A stretch of DNA of 64,000 nt from Nannocystaceae bacterium ST9 (GTDB taxonomy: Bacteria > Myxococcota_A > Polyangia > Nannocystales > Nannocystaceae): assembly GCA_048320885.1 (NCBI GenBank), contig JBLWFJ010000001.1, positions 5,761,697-5,825,696 of the forward strand. Reading direction: 5' to 3'. A program made the translations under genes and the position numbers. A model generated the notes under the pieces. It did no database searches, had not been told where the DNA came from, and saw only the letters and a program-made list of their open reading frames with translations. Shown in pieces: positions 19,286-27,211 of the stretch (position 1 is its first letter; the number at the start of each line of letters is the position of its first letter).

Positions 19286-20101
19286 TCAGCTCGCCTTGGC
19301 CTGGTGCACGATGATCGCCGGGGTCGGCAGCGCGATGTTGGCCTTGGCCAGGTGCTCGTAGACCGCTCGGCGGACGGCCGGCTGCATCGGAATGAAGTCG
19401 CCCGGCTTGGAGTGGACCATCACGTCGAAGGTCAGCTGCGCGGGCTCGACGATCGAGAACACGGCCGCGGGCGCGGGGTCCTTGAGGACCATGTCGACCG
19501 AGCGGGCCGCCGCCTCGAGCACTTCGCAGACCTTGCCGACGTCGTTGCCGGCCGCGACGATCACTCGCACGGCCGCGCGCGGCTTGCCGAGCGCGGTGTA
19601 GTTGATGATCGCCCCGCCCGTGACCGAGCCGTTGGCGAGGATGATCTTGGTCGCGTCGGGGGTGATCAGCGTGGTGCCGAAGAGCCCGATCTCGTGGACC
19701 TCACCGGTCTTGCCGGCGACCTCGACGACGTCGCCGATCGAGATCGGCCGGAACAGCAGCAGCATCACGCCACTGGCGAAGTGCGAGAGGTTGCCCTGCA
19801 GCGCCAGGCCGATCGCGAGGCCGGCGGTGCCGAGCAGCGCGACCAAGCTGGTCGTCTCGACGCCGACCCGGGCCAGCGCCGTGATGATCGCGGCCGCGAT
19901 CACGGCCCACTGCGCGAGCGAGGCGAGGAAGCGAACCACCGCCTCGTCGATCTTGCGAATTCGAAGCAGCCTGGTGACTAGGCCGTGGACCCAGCCGGCG
20001 ATGACCCAGCCGAGGAGGAAGATGACCAGCGCCGTGACACTGCCGACGATCAGCGGCATGTAGGGTTGGAGGGCATCGGGGATGAAGGGGAGGTCGGTCA
20101 T
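19286..20101 (-). CDS. Small-conductance mechanosensitive channel (MscS family), 271 aa.
   Basis: Three TM helices then ALARVGVETTSLVALLGTAGLAIGLALQGNLSHFASGVMLLLFRPISIGDVVEVAGKTGEVHEIGLFGTTL, the canonical MscS core. It is the only real part of the 767-aa track ORF. Confidence 0.85.
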   Translation of the reverse strand: MTDLPFIPDALQPYMPLIVGSVTALVIFLLGWVIAGWVHGLVTRLLRIRKIDEAVVRFLASLAQWAVIAAAIITALARVGVETTSLVALLGTAGLAIGLALQGNLSHFASGVMLLLFRPISIGDVVEVAGKTGEVHEIGLFGTTLITPDATKIILANGSVTGGAIINYTALGKPRAAVRVIVAAGNDVGKVCEVLEAAARSVDMVLKDPAPAAVFSIVEPAQLTFDVMVHSKPGDFIPMQPAVRRAVYEHLAKANIALPTPAIIVHQAKAS

Positions 20102-20182
20102 GATCGGCGCGGAGGATGACAGGCGAGCCCGCCCCTGCCTACTGGCGATTTCGCCTGATCCGGTCGAGCGACTACGCCCCTG

Positions 20183-21670
20183 GTGACCGGTCTGGCGTAC
20201 AATCTCGCGGTGCGAGGCGTCGTCGCTGCAGGCAATGTTCATTCGGTCGAGGCCGCGACGGCGATGCTCGAGCGGGGCGGAAACGCGATCGATGCCGCGG
20301 TCGCTGGCGCGCTGGTCTGCTTCGCGGCCGAGCCGCTGCTGGTCTCGGCCGGCGGCGCGGGCATCATGCTGGTCGAGCCGCCCGACTCGCCCGCGGTCGC
20401 GGTCGACTTCTTCTCGGCCGTGCCGGGTCGAGGACTCGTTCGCCGATCCGGCGAGCCGGCGCTCGACTTCGAGGCCATCGAGGTCGACTTCGGTGCCGCT
20501 CGCCAGACCTTTCACGTCGGTCGTGGCTCGGCGACGGTGCCCGGAGTGCTCGACGGTCTGGCCGGCGCCGCGCGTTGGTACGGGAGGCTCTCGCTGCCCG
20601 AGCTCACGGCGCCCGCGATCGCGCTGGCCCGCGACGGGTTGATCGTCGACGAGCTCGTCGCTCGCACCTTTCGCTTGCTGCGGGCGATCCTCGCTCGCGA
20701 TCCCGCTTGCATGGCCGAGGTCGCGTTCGGCCTGCCCGGCGATCGCGTGCCGCAGGTCGGCGAGCTCCTGCGCAACCCCACGCTCGCGCGCACGCTCGTC
20801 GAGTTCGCCGAGGTCGGTGGCATGCCCGAGTCGGTTCGGCGCGGGTTGATCGACGAGTTCGGACCGGCGCGCGGCGGGCTGATCACTCCCGACGATCTCG
20901 CCAGCCCACGGGTCGAGCGAGTCGAGCCGCATCGCTTCGTGCTCGGTGACTGGTCGGTCGCGACCTCGCCGCGCTTGGGCGGTCGGCTCGTCGCTCGGAT
21001 CGCCGAGGCGCTCCTGGCTTCGCCCACACGCACGAGCGAGCGCGAGGCCATCCTCGATGTCGCCCGCGCCTCGCTGGCCGGTCATCAGGCTCGCTCGTTG
21101 CTCGGCAGCACCACCCACGTCTCGGTCGTCGACGATCAGGGCGGCGCGGCCTCGGTGACGCTGACCTCGGGCGAAGGCTGCGGCCACGTCGTGACCGGCA
21201 CCGGCGTGCACGTCAACAACTTCCTCGGTGAAGAAGATCTCAACCCGGCCGGCTTCCATCGCCACGCCGCGGGGGCGGCCCTGCAGACGATGATCGCCCC
21301 GACGATCGCTCGCCACCGTGACGGGCGAGTGGTCGCCCTCGGGAGTGGTGGATCCAACCGGATCCGAAGCGCAGTGGCACGCGTGTTGGTCGAAGTGGTC
21401 CGCGGGGCCTCGATCGAGATCGCCGTGTTGGCGCCCAGGGTGCACGCCGAGGTCACACGTGACCACACCGAGGTCTGGCTCGAGCTCGCCGGCCTCGCCG
21501 ATCCCGAGGCTACCCGCGAAGCGCTGGCGGCCGAGTTCGCCACGATTCACCCCTTCGACGCCCGCGACTTCTTCTTCGGGGGCGTGCACACGGTTCAGCG
21601 GAGTCCGGACGGCCGGTTGACCGGCGTCGGCGATGCTCGTCGCTTCGGGTTGGCGCGCGAATCGTCGTGA
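20183..21670 (+). CDS. ggt: Gamma-glutamyltranspeptidase family protein.
   Basis: Nucleophile region GSTTHVSVVDDQGGAASVTLTSGEGCGHVVTGTGV and GGSNRI motif. Confidence 0.9.
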   Translation: MTGLAYNLAVRGVVAAGNVHSVEAATAMLERGGNAIDAAVAGALVCFAAEPLLVSAGGAGIMLVEPPDSPAVAVDFFSAVPGRGLVRRSGEPALDFEAIEVDFGAARQTFHVGRGSATVPGVLDGLAGAARWYGRLSLPELTAPAIALARDGLIVDELVARTFRLLRAILARDPACMAEVAFGLPGDRVPQVGELLRNPTLARTLVEFAEVGGMPESVRRGLIDEFGPARGGLITPDDLASPRVERVEPHRFVLGDWSVATSPRLGGRLVARIAEALLASPTRTSEREAILDVARASLAGHQARSLLGSTTHVSVVDDQGGAASVTLTSGEGCGHVVTGTGVHVNNFLGEEDLNPAGFHRHAAGAALQTMIAPTIARHRDGRVVALGSGGSNRIRSAVARVLVEVVRGASIEIAVLAPRVHAEVTRDHTEVWLELAGLADPEATREALAAEFATIHPFDARDFFFGGVHTVQRSPDGRLTGVGDARRFGLARESS

Positions 21671-21703
21671 GCGAAGCGTCGTAAGCGAATCTTCGCGAGT
21701 TGG

Positions 21704-21721
21704 TTGTCGATCCGATGATCG
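21704..21721. terminator. Hairpin GTCGATC-cgat-GATCGAC downstream of ggt.
   Basis: 7-bp perfect inverted repeat read directly. It is weak as a terminator because there is no U-tract. Confidence 0.3.
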
Positions 21722-22010
21722 ACTCGGCCAACCCAGGGCACTACGTCCGAGGTGACTCCGAGCGAGTCATCCGCCTGGTCGACGGACCGGCCCCTTTCTC
21801 GCGTCGGTTCGAGTCTGCCGACGGTCGTCGGGAATGGGTCGTGGATCTTCGGGGGAGGGTCCAAGCAGGGGGCCGGCCCGTCGACCGGCCATGTATGCCA
21901 TCGAATGTGCGAAGGGCTCGCCGTCGACGGTCATGCACGGCATGAACGATCTTCGTGACGATTTTTCACGCGAGTGGACATCGTAGTCGGGAAGCGGGGG
22001 AGTAAAAAAC

Positions 22011-24182
22011 ATGAGCGACATCAGCAATCGGGGATCACGAGTGTTTCGCGTTGGTTGGATCGGCTGTCTCGGGATCGGCCTGATCGGCCTGATGCCCGGT
22101 TGCGTGATCCTCATCGAAGAGCCCTCGTTCGAGGACGACGGCAACCTGAGCGTCGCCGACGAGGCCGATGGGCCCTACGAGTCGTCGTCGTCCGAGGACG
22201 GGTTCGACACCTTCGATACGTTCGAGACCTTCGAGGGCGAGGTCACCTCCGAAGAAGGCGAAGTCACGAGCGGCTACGAGTCGTCGTCCGAGGATGGGTT
22301 CGACACCTTCACCGAGGGCGAGGTCACCAGCTTCGGCGAAGAGGGGTTCGACACCTTCGTCGACGAGGGCGAGGTCACCAGCTTCGGCGAAGAGGGCACG
22401 AGCTTCGACACCGGCGAGACCTACGATACCGGCTTCGAGACCGGGTTCGACACGGGCTTCGAGACCGGGTTCGACACGGGCTTCGAGACCGGGTTCGACA
22501 CGGGCTTCGAGACTGGGTTCGACACGGGCTTCGAGACCGGGTTCGACACGGGCTTCGAGACCGGGTTCGACACGGGCTTCGACAGCGGCGAGACCTACGA
22601 CACCGGGTTCGACACGGGCTTCGACACGGGCTTCGAGACTGGGTTCGACACCGGCTTCGACACCGACACCGGCTTCGACACGGCGGAGAGCGGGTTCTTC
22701 GAGACCGGCTCGTCCGACACATACCAGGACACGGAGTCGGGTGGCGAAGAGACCGACACCGACACGGGCGGCCAGTGCGATCTCCCGCCGCTGCACGCTC
22801 GTCGCTCGCTGATCGAGACCAACCCGCAGGCGCTCGCCGGCATCAGCATGGAGCAGCTGCTCGCCCAGTCGGCGGCCGGCGCCGATCTGACCCCGGACCC
22901 GCAGTTCACCTTCACCCGGCTCTTCGACAGCTTCGCGACCGAGGCCGACAGCGTGCTCCCGGGCGGGGCTCACTGCGACGACAAGATCATCGACGGCGAG
23001 GCCGCGCTCAACGGCTACCCGATCCAGTGCCCGCGCATCGAGTCGCTCGAGGTCGGGGTGATGGAGCAGTGGTTCCCGATCGCCGCGGTCAATCGCTTCG
23101 ACCTCACCCCGGTCGACGGCAGCCACTGCGGCGAGCAGCGGATCATCATGGCCAGCAACGGCGTCAGCCGGGCCTTCGCGATCTTCGAAGCGCAGATCCC
23201 CAACCCCAACCCCGAGTGTGGCGTCGCGGCTTGCGAGCCGCTGGTCGCGTTCTGGGCCAACCTCGGTCAGAACCCGGATCCGGCCGATCGCGCCGCGCAG
23301 ATCCGCATGGCCTTCCTCGACGGTCACCCCGAGCTCGCGGCCGCCGGCTTCGAGCCCTTCATGACCAGCGTCAACATGACCTTCGGGACCGGGCAGATCC
23401 GGACCAACAGCTTCGACGACTCGCCCTGGACGCTGCGCGAGTTCTCGTTCGTGACCGAGGGCGATCGGCTCAGCGTCGTCCCGACCCCGGTCGCCGACAA
23501 CGTGTTCGGTCCGCTGTGGAACGACCTCGATCCGCTGCCGCAGGGCGAGGCCTGCCGCAAGGCGATCCTCGACAACCTCGGCAGCCTGCTCGTCGACGAC
23601 GTCTCGAAGATGGGCATGGCGCTGCCGCCCGACTGTCTGGCCGGCGAGAGCCGCGACGACGAGAACACCGACTACGCCGGGTGGCTGGCCGCCGGCAGCG
23701 GCGAGTTCGAAGCCACGCTGGCCTCGCGCCTGGCCGATCTCGGCTCTGATCTGACGCCCTTCGAACTCGCCAATCGGGCCGAGTTCGCCAGCAACTGCAT
23801 GGGCTGCCACCAGAGCGCCACCTTCGAGGAGCTCGGCCATGGCCTGACCGCGCCCTCGTCCAACAGCTTCGTGCACGTCGACGAAGGCTTCACCGAGAAC
23901 TGCGGCTCCGGCCAGACCTGCTTCGCGATCTCGCCGGCGTTGGCCGAGGAGTTCCTGCCCCACCGCCGCGAGGTGATGGTCAACTTCCTCGACCAGATCG
24001 CCTGCGACACCAGCTGCATCGACGGCACCGAGGAGGCCGTGCAGGCGCTGATGAACGGCCCGGCGACGATCGGTCTGCCCAGCATCGACGAGCCGATCGA
24101 CGCGATGCTGGCCTGGGAGGTCGACTACGAGGCCGACCTCGCCAAGCAGACGCTCGGTGGTCGGCCCCGCGGTAGCCACTGA
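22011..24182 (+). CDS. Repeat-containing lipoprotein. It has a signal peptide plus lipobox (LMPGC), a long acidic (T-G-F-E/D)n tandem-repeat region, and a C-terminal Cys-rich globular domain carrying a CxxCH heme-c-type motif (NCMGCHQS).
   Basis: The protein has excellent GC3. A GGGGGAG RBS sits 9 nt upstream of the ATG in a locally AT-richer leader. CMGCH is read directly. The domain family is uncertain; PSCyt-like domains (the CxxCH 'planctomycete cytochrome' domains of DUF1592-type proteins) are a guess. Confidence 0.7.
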   Translation: MSDISNRGSRVFRVGWIGCLGIGLIGLMPGCVILIEEPSFEDDGNLSVADEADGPYESSSSEDGFDTFDTFETFEGEVTSEEGEVTSGYESSSEDGFDTFTEGEVTSFGEEGFDTFVDEGEVTSFGEEGTSFDTGETYDTGFETGFDTGFETGFDTGFETGFDTGFETGFDTGFETGFDTGFETGFDTGFDSGETYDTGFDTGFDTGFETGFDTGFDTDTGFDTAESGFFETGSSDTYQDTESGGEETDTDTGGQCDLPPLHARRSLIETNPQALAGISMEQLLAQSAAGADLTPDPQFTFTRLFDSFATEADSVLPGGAHCDDKIIDGEAALNGYPIQCPRIESLEVGVMEQWFPIAAVNRFDLTPVDGSHCGEQRIIMASNGVSRAFAIFEAQIPNPNPECGVAACEPLVAFWANLGQNPDPADRAAQIRMAFLDGHPELAAAGFEPFMTSVNMTFGTGQIRTNSFDDSPWTLREFSFVTEGDRLSVVPTPVADNVFGPLWNDLDPLPQGEACRKAILDNLGSLLVDDVSKMGMALPPDCLAGESRDDENTDYAGWLAAGSGEFEATLASRLADLGSDLTPFELANRAEFASNCMGCHQSATFEELGHGLTAPSSNSFVHVDEGFTENCGSGQTCFAISPALAEEFLPHRREVMVNFLDQIACDTSCIDGTEEAVQALMNGPATIGLPSIDEPIDAMLAWEVDYEADLAKQTLGGRPRGSH
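22428..22680 (+). repeat. Array of about 10 in-frame tandem 24-bp units (ggcttcgagaccgggttcgacacg) encoding TGFETGFD.
   Basis: Read directly in the sequence. Confidence 0.9.
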
Positions 24183-24271
24183 TCGCTCGGCCACTCGCTC
24201 GAAGCAGCCCGGCGCGCGCGTGATGGCGCGACTCGCCGGGCTGCTGCTTTGGTTCCGATATCCTGGCGCCC

Positions 24272-25561
24272 ATGCCTCGCTCTCGCGTCGCGCTACCCAC
24301 CATCGCGCTCGGCTTCGGCCTCGTGTTCGCCTGCGCCGACGATGGTCCGGCCGGCACCGACGACGAAGTCGGCACCAGCGAGGGCACCGACACGACCGGC
24401 CCGAGCACCGACACGTCCGGCCCGAGCACCGACACCGACACGGGCAGCGAGAGCGACTCGAGCGATGGCCCGAGCCCCGATCTGCCCGACGAGCAGCCCG
24501 GCGAGGTGTTCGACGGCGAGCCGCTGCCGCCCGCCTCGCCCGGCGACTGGAACTGGATCGACATCCCCGAGGCCCAGTGCATCGACGGCAGCCCGGCCGG
24601 GATCGGCGTGCGCTACGGGATCTCCGACGAGCTGGTGATCTTCTTCGAGGGCGGCGGCGGCTGCTTCAACCCGGCCACCTGCGGGCTGTTCTACGCCAGC
24701 TTCGCCAACTTCGATCAGCTGACCTTCGATCTGATCTGGCAGAACACGGTCTTGCAGAGCGGCATCTTCTCGACGCTCAGCGCCGACAACCCGGTCCGCG
24801 ACTGGAACTTCGTCTACGTGCCCTACTGCACCGGTGACGTGCACGCCGGCGCGGCCCCGGACACGCCGGTGCCCGGCTACGCGTTCGATCAGCCCCAGCA
24901 GTTCGTCGGCTACACCAACGTCCATCACTTCCTCGATCGCGTGGTCCCGACCTTCCCGGACAGCTCGCACGTGCTGGTCGCGGGCATCAGCGCCGGCGGG
25001 TTCGGGGCCGCGTTCAACTACGATCGGATCGCCAAGGCCTTCCCCGACACCAAGGTCACGCTGATCGACGACTCGGGCCCGCCGCTGACCGACTCCTGGC
25101 TCGCGCCCTGCCTGCAACAGACCTGGCGCGAGCTCTACGATCTCGACGCGACCTTGCCGGCCGACTGCACCGAGTGCTTCCAGCCCGACGGCGGCGGCAT
25201 CCACAACCTCGCCGCGTACATCGCGAACGAGCACCCCGATCAGACCCTCGCGCTGATCTCCGCCGAGCAGGATCTCGTGATTCGAACCTTCTTCGGCTAC
25301 GGGATCCAAAACGAGGGCGGCCCGCTGTGCCCCGAGGGCATCTTCGAATTGCCGATGGACGGCGCGTACTTTCAGGACGGCCTCTACGCGCTGCGCAGCG
25401 AGGTCACCACGCAGCCCAACTGGGGCTCGTACCTGATGCCCGGCGTCACGCACACCTACCTGAGCTTCCCGGACTACTACCTGAAGACCGTCAACGGGAT
25501 TCGCATGGTCGATTGGGTTCGCAACGTCCTCGAAGGCCAGCCCTCGCACATCAGCCCCTGA
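24272..25561 (+). CDS. Pectin-acetylesterase/Notum-like (PAE family) serine hydrolase lipoprotein.
   Basis: Lipobox LVFAC. Motifs FFEGGGGCFNPATC, YVPYCTGDVHAG and GISAGG match the PAE-family GGGWC / YCDG..H.G / GCSAGG pattern. There is an acidic Thr/Ser-rich linker after the lipobox. Confidence 0.7.
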   Translation: MPRSRVALPTIALGFGLVFACADDGPAGTDDEVGTSEGTDTTGPSTDTSGPSTDTDTGSESDSSDGPSPDLPDEQPGEVFDGEPLPPASPGDWNWIDIPEAQCIDGSPAGIGVRYGISDELVIFFEGGGGCFNPATCGLFYASFANFDQLTFDLIWQNTVLQSGIFSTLSADNPVRDWNFVYVPYCTGDVHAGAAPDTPVPGYAFDQPQQFVGYTNVHHFLDRVVPTFPDSSHVLVAGISAGGFGAAFNYDRIAKAFPDTKVTLIDDSGPPLTDSWLAPCLQQTWRELYDLDATLPADCTECFQPDGGGIHNLAAYIANEHPDQTLALISAEQDLVIRTFFGYGIQNEGGPLCPEGIFELPMDGAYFQDGLYALRSEVTTQPNWGSYLMPGVTHTYLSFPDYYLKTVNGIRMVDWVRNVLEGQPSHISP

Positions 25562-26054
25562 GTCGCTCGCGGATCGCCGCGAGCTCCAGCGCGACCTCGC
25601 GATCCTTGGGTCGTGTCAGGCTCTGCTTGATCTCGATGAGTTGATCGAGCGTGATTACCTTGCAGCGCAGATCTCCGAGGGTCAACTCGACGGTTCGCAG
25701 CGCCGGGTAGACCCCGATGGGCGAGACCTCCCGGAGCACGTCGAGTCGGCCGAGATCGGTCTCGATCAGCAGCAGACGCGCCTCGACGAGTCGATCGAGC
25801 GGTTCGTCGAGTATCCGAAGATCGGGTCGAGTGGCGTGACGAGGATCGAGATCGGCGATCGCGGCGAGCAGGCGCCGCATGTTCTCGACGTCGAAGGGGG
25901 CCGCGAGATCGAGGTCGACCGTCATGCGCGAGCACCCGAACAGCGCCGCCGCCACGCCGCCGACGATGCAGAACTCGAAGCCGCTGGCGAGCAGCCGGCT
26001 CAGCAGCGCGTCGTTCTGCTGGGTACGCGGCTTGCGAGCCACGTCAGCGACCAA
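25551..26054 (-). CDS. Minimal nucleotidyltransferase-fold (MNT-like) protein, paralog A.
   Basis: FCIVGGVAAALFGCSRMTVDLDL (the GG/S...T.D.D nucleotidyltransferase signature) and a C-terminal LIEIKQSLTRPKDREVALEL. It is paralogous to 51897..52361. Confidence 0.6.
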   Translation of the reverse strand: MVADVARKPRTQQNDALLSRLLASGFEFCIVGGVAAALFGCSRMTVDLDLAAPFDVENMRRLLAAIADLDPRHATRPDLRILDEPLDRLVEARLLLIETDLGRLDVLREVSPIGVYPALRTVELTLGDLRCKVITLDQLIEIKQSLTRPKDREVALELAAIRERLRG

Positions 26055-26238
26055 CGAGGCGCAGCGCGTCGTTCAACTGCTTCAAGCGCTGGGCTGGAGT
26101 GAGCTCGAGGTTGCGCTCGAGCAGCAACATGTCGATCCCGTACTCCGCGGCGGCTCGCCACGCAGGACCGCCGCGCTCGAGTTGCGCGCGGGCGAGCTGC
26201 TCGTAGTCGAGTTCGGCCGGGTCGATCGGCTTCGACAT
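26044..26238 (-). CDS. Small helical partner protein (64 aa), overlapping and upstream of MNT-like paralog A.
   Basis: Overlaps the MNT-like gene by 11 nt (coupled). Good GC3. It resembles the small ORF 52351..52566 next to paralog B. Confidence 0.45.
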   Translation of the reverse strand: MSKPIDPAELDYEQLARAQLERGGPAWRAAAEYGIDMLLLERNLELTPAQRLKQLNDALRLVGR

Positions 26239-26310
26239 CGTCTCCAGTCTATCACGTCCTGTCGATCACGAAGCCAAAGAGCGCAGGCCTGCAGGAGTAT
26301 GCTCGCACGC

Positions 26311-27126
26311 ATGAGCGCTCCCGCCTCCGATCCGCCGCCGCCCGAGGGCCGAGTTCGCGTCAACGTCGAAGGCCGCCTGTGCGTGATGACGATCGATCGC
26401 CCGGCCAAGTACAACGGCTTCACGCCCGAGATGCTCGAGCAGCTCGCCGCCGCGTACACGCGCCTCGAGCACGATCCCGAGCTGTGGTGCGGCGTGCTCG
26501 AGGCCGAGGGCCCGCACTTCACGGCCGGGCTCGAGCTCTCGCGCTTCGACATCACCGCGCCGCTCGACGCCAACGCCTCGCTCGGTGTGCCGGCGGGCAT
26601 CGATCCGCTCGACCTTCGCCCACCTCGCCGGACCAAGCCGATCGTCGCGGCCGTGCACGGCATCTGCTTCACGATCGGCATCGAGCTGATGCTCGCGGCC
26701 GACGTCGTGGTCGCCGAGCGAGGGGCCCGCTTCAGCCAGCTCGAGGTCAAGCGCGGGCTGATGGCCTACGGCGGCGCGACGATCCGCATGGTCGAGCGTG
26801 CGGGTTGGGGCAACGCGATGCGCTGGCTGCTGACCGGCGACGAGTTCGATGCCGACACCGCGCTGCGGCTCGGCTTCGTGCAGGAACTCGTCGATGCCGG
26901 CCAGGCCCGCGAGCGCGCGCGGGCGATCGCCACCCGGATCGCCGAACAGGCGCCGCTGGCCGTTCGCGAGTCGCGACGCTCGGCCCAGCTCGCGGCCGAG
27001 CAGGGACCCGAGGCTGCGGTCGCAGCGTTCTCCGAACAACTCCAGATGCTCGCGGCCAGCGATGACTTCGCCGAGGGCGTGCGCTCGTTCGTCGAGCGTC
27101 GAGCGGGTCGCTACTCGGGTCGCTGA
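26311..27126 (+). CDS. Enoyl-CoA hydratase/isomerase (crotonase superfamily).
   Basis: VAAVHGICFTIGIELMLAADVVVAERGARFSQLEVKRGLMAYGG is the crotonase oxyanion-hole fold. Confidence 0.85.
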   Translation: MSAPASDPPPPEGRVRVNVEGRLCVMTIDRPAKYNGFTPEMLEQLAAAYTRLEHDPELWCGVLEAEGPHFTAGLELSRFDITAPLDANASLGVPAGIDPLDLRPPRRTKPIVAAVHGICFTIGIELMLAADVVVAERGARFSQLEVKRGLMAYGGATIRMVERAGWGNAMRWLLTGDEFDADTALRLGFVQELVDAGQARERARAIATRIAEQAPLAVRESRRSAQLAAEQGPEAAVAAFSEQLQMLAASDDFAEGVRSFVERRAGRYSGR

Positions 27127-27211
27127 AATCGTCGGCGGATCCTCGGGGCCGCGCCAGAAACTCGGTACTGCGATCGCGCGTGTTCACGATTGCGCCCAGT
27201 GTGGCGCGTAA

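Noticed and set aside
19286-21589. 767-aa minus-strand ORF.
   Set aside because: Only the C-terminal 271 aa (MscS, 19286-20101) is real. The remainder is antisense to ggt.
21700-21958. Small ORFs (81 aa, 68 aa, 65 aa) in the 340-bp ggt–lipoprotein intergenic region.
   Set aside because: Mutually overlapping frames, poor GC3 bias, no motifs. More likely a promoter/5'-UTR region for the 22011 gene.
22428-22680. Regular short repeats that superficially resemble a CRISPR array (also at 6329-6446, 57821-57976, 60383-60484).
   Set aside because: All are perfect in-frame tandem repeats without spacers inside well-supported ORFs, that is, coding low-complexity repeats and not repeat-spacer arrays. 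No cas genes are present.
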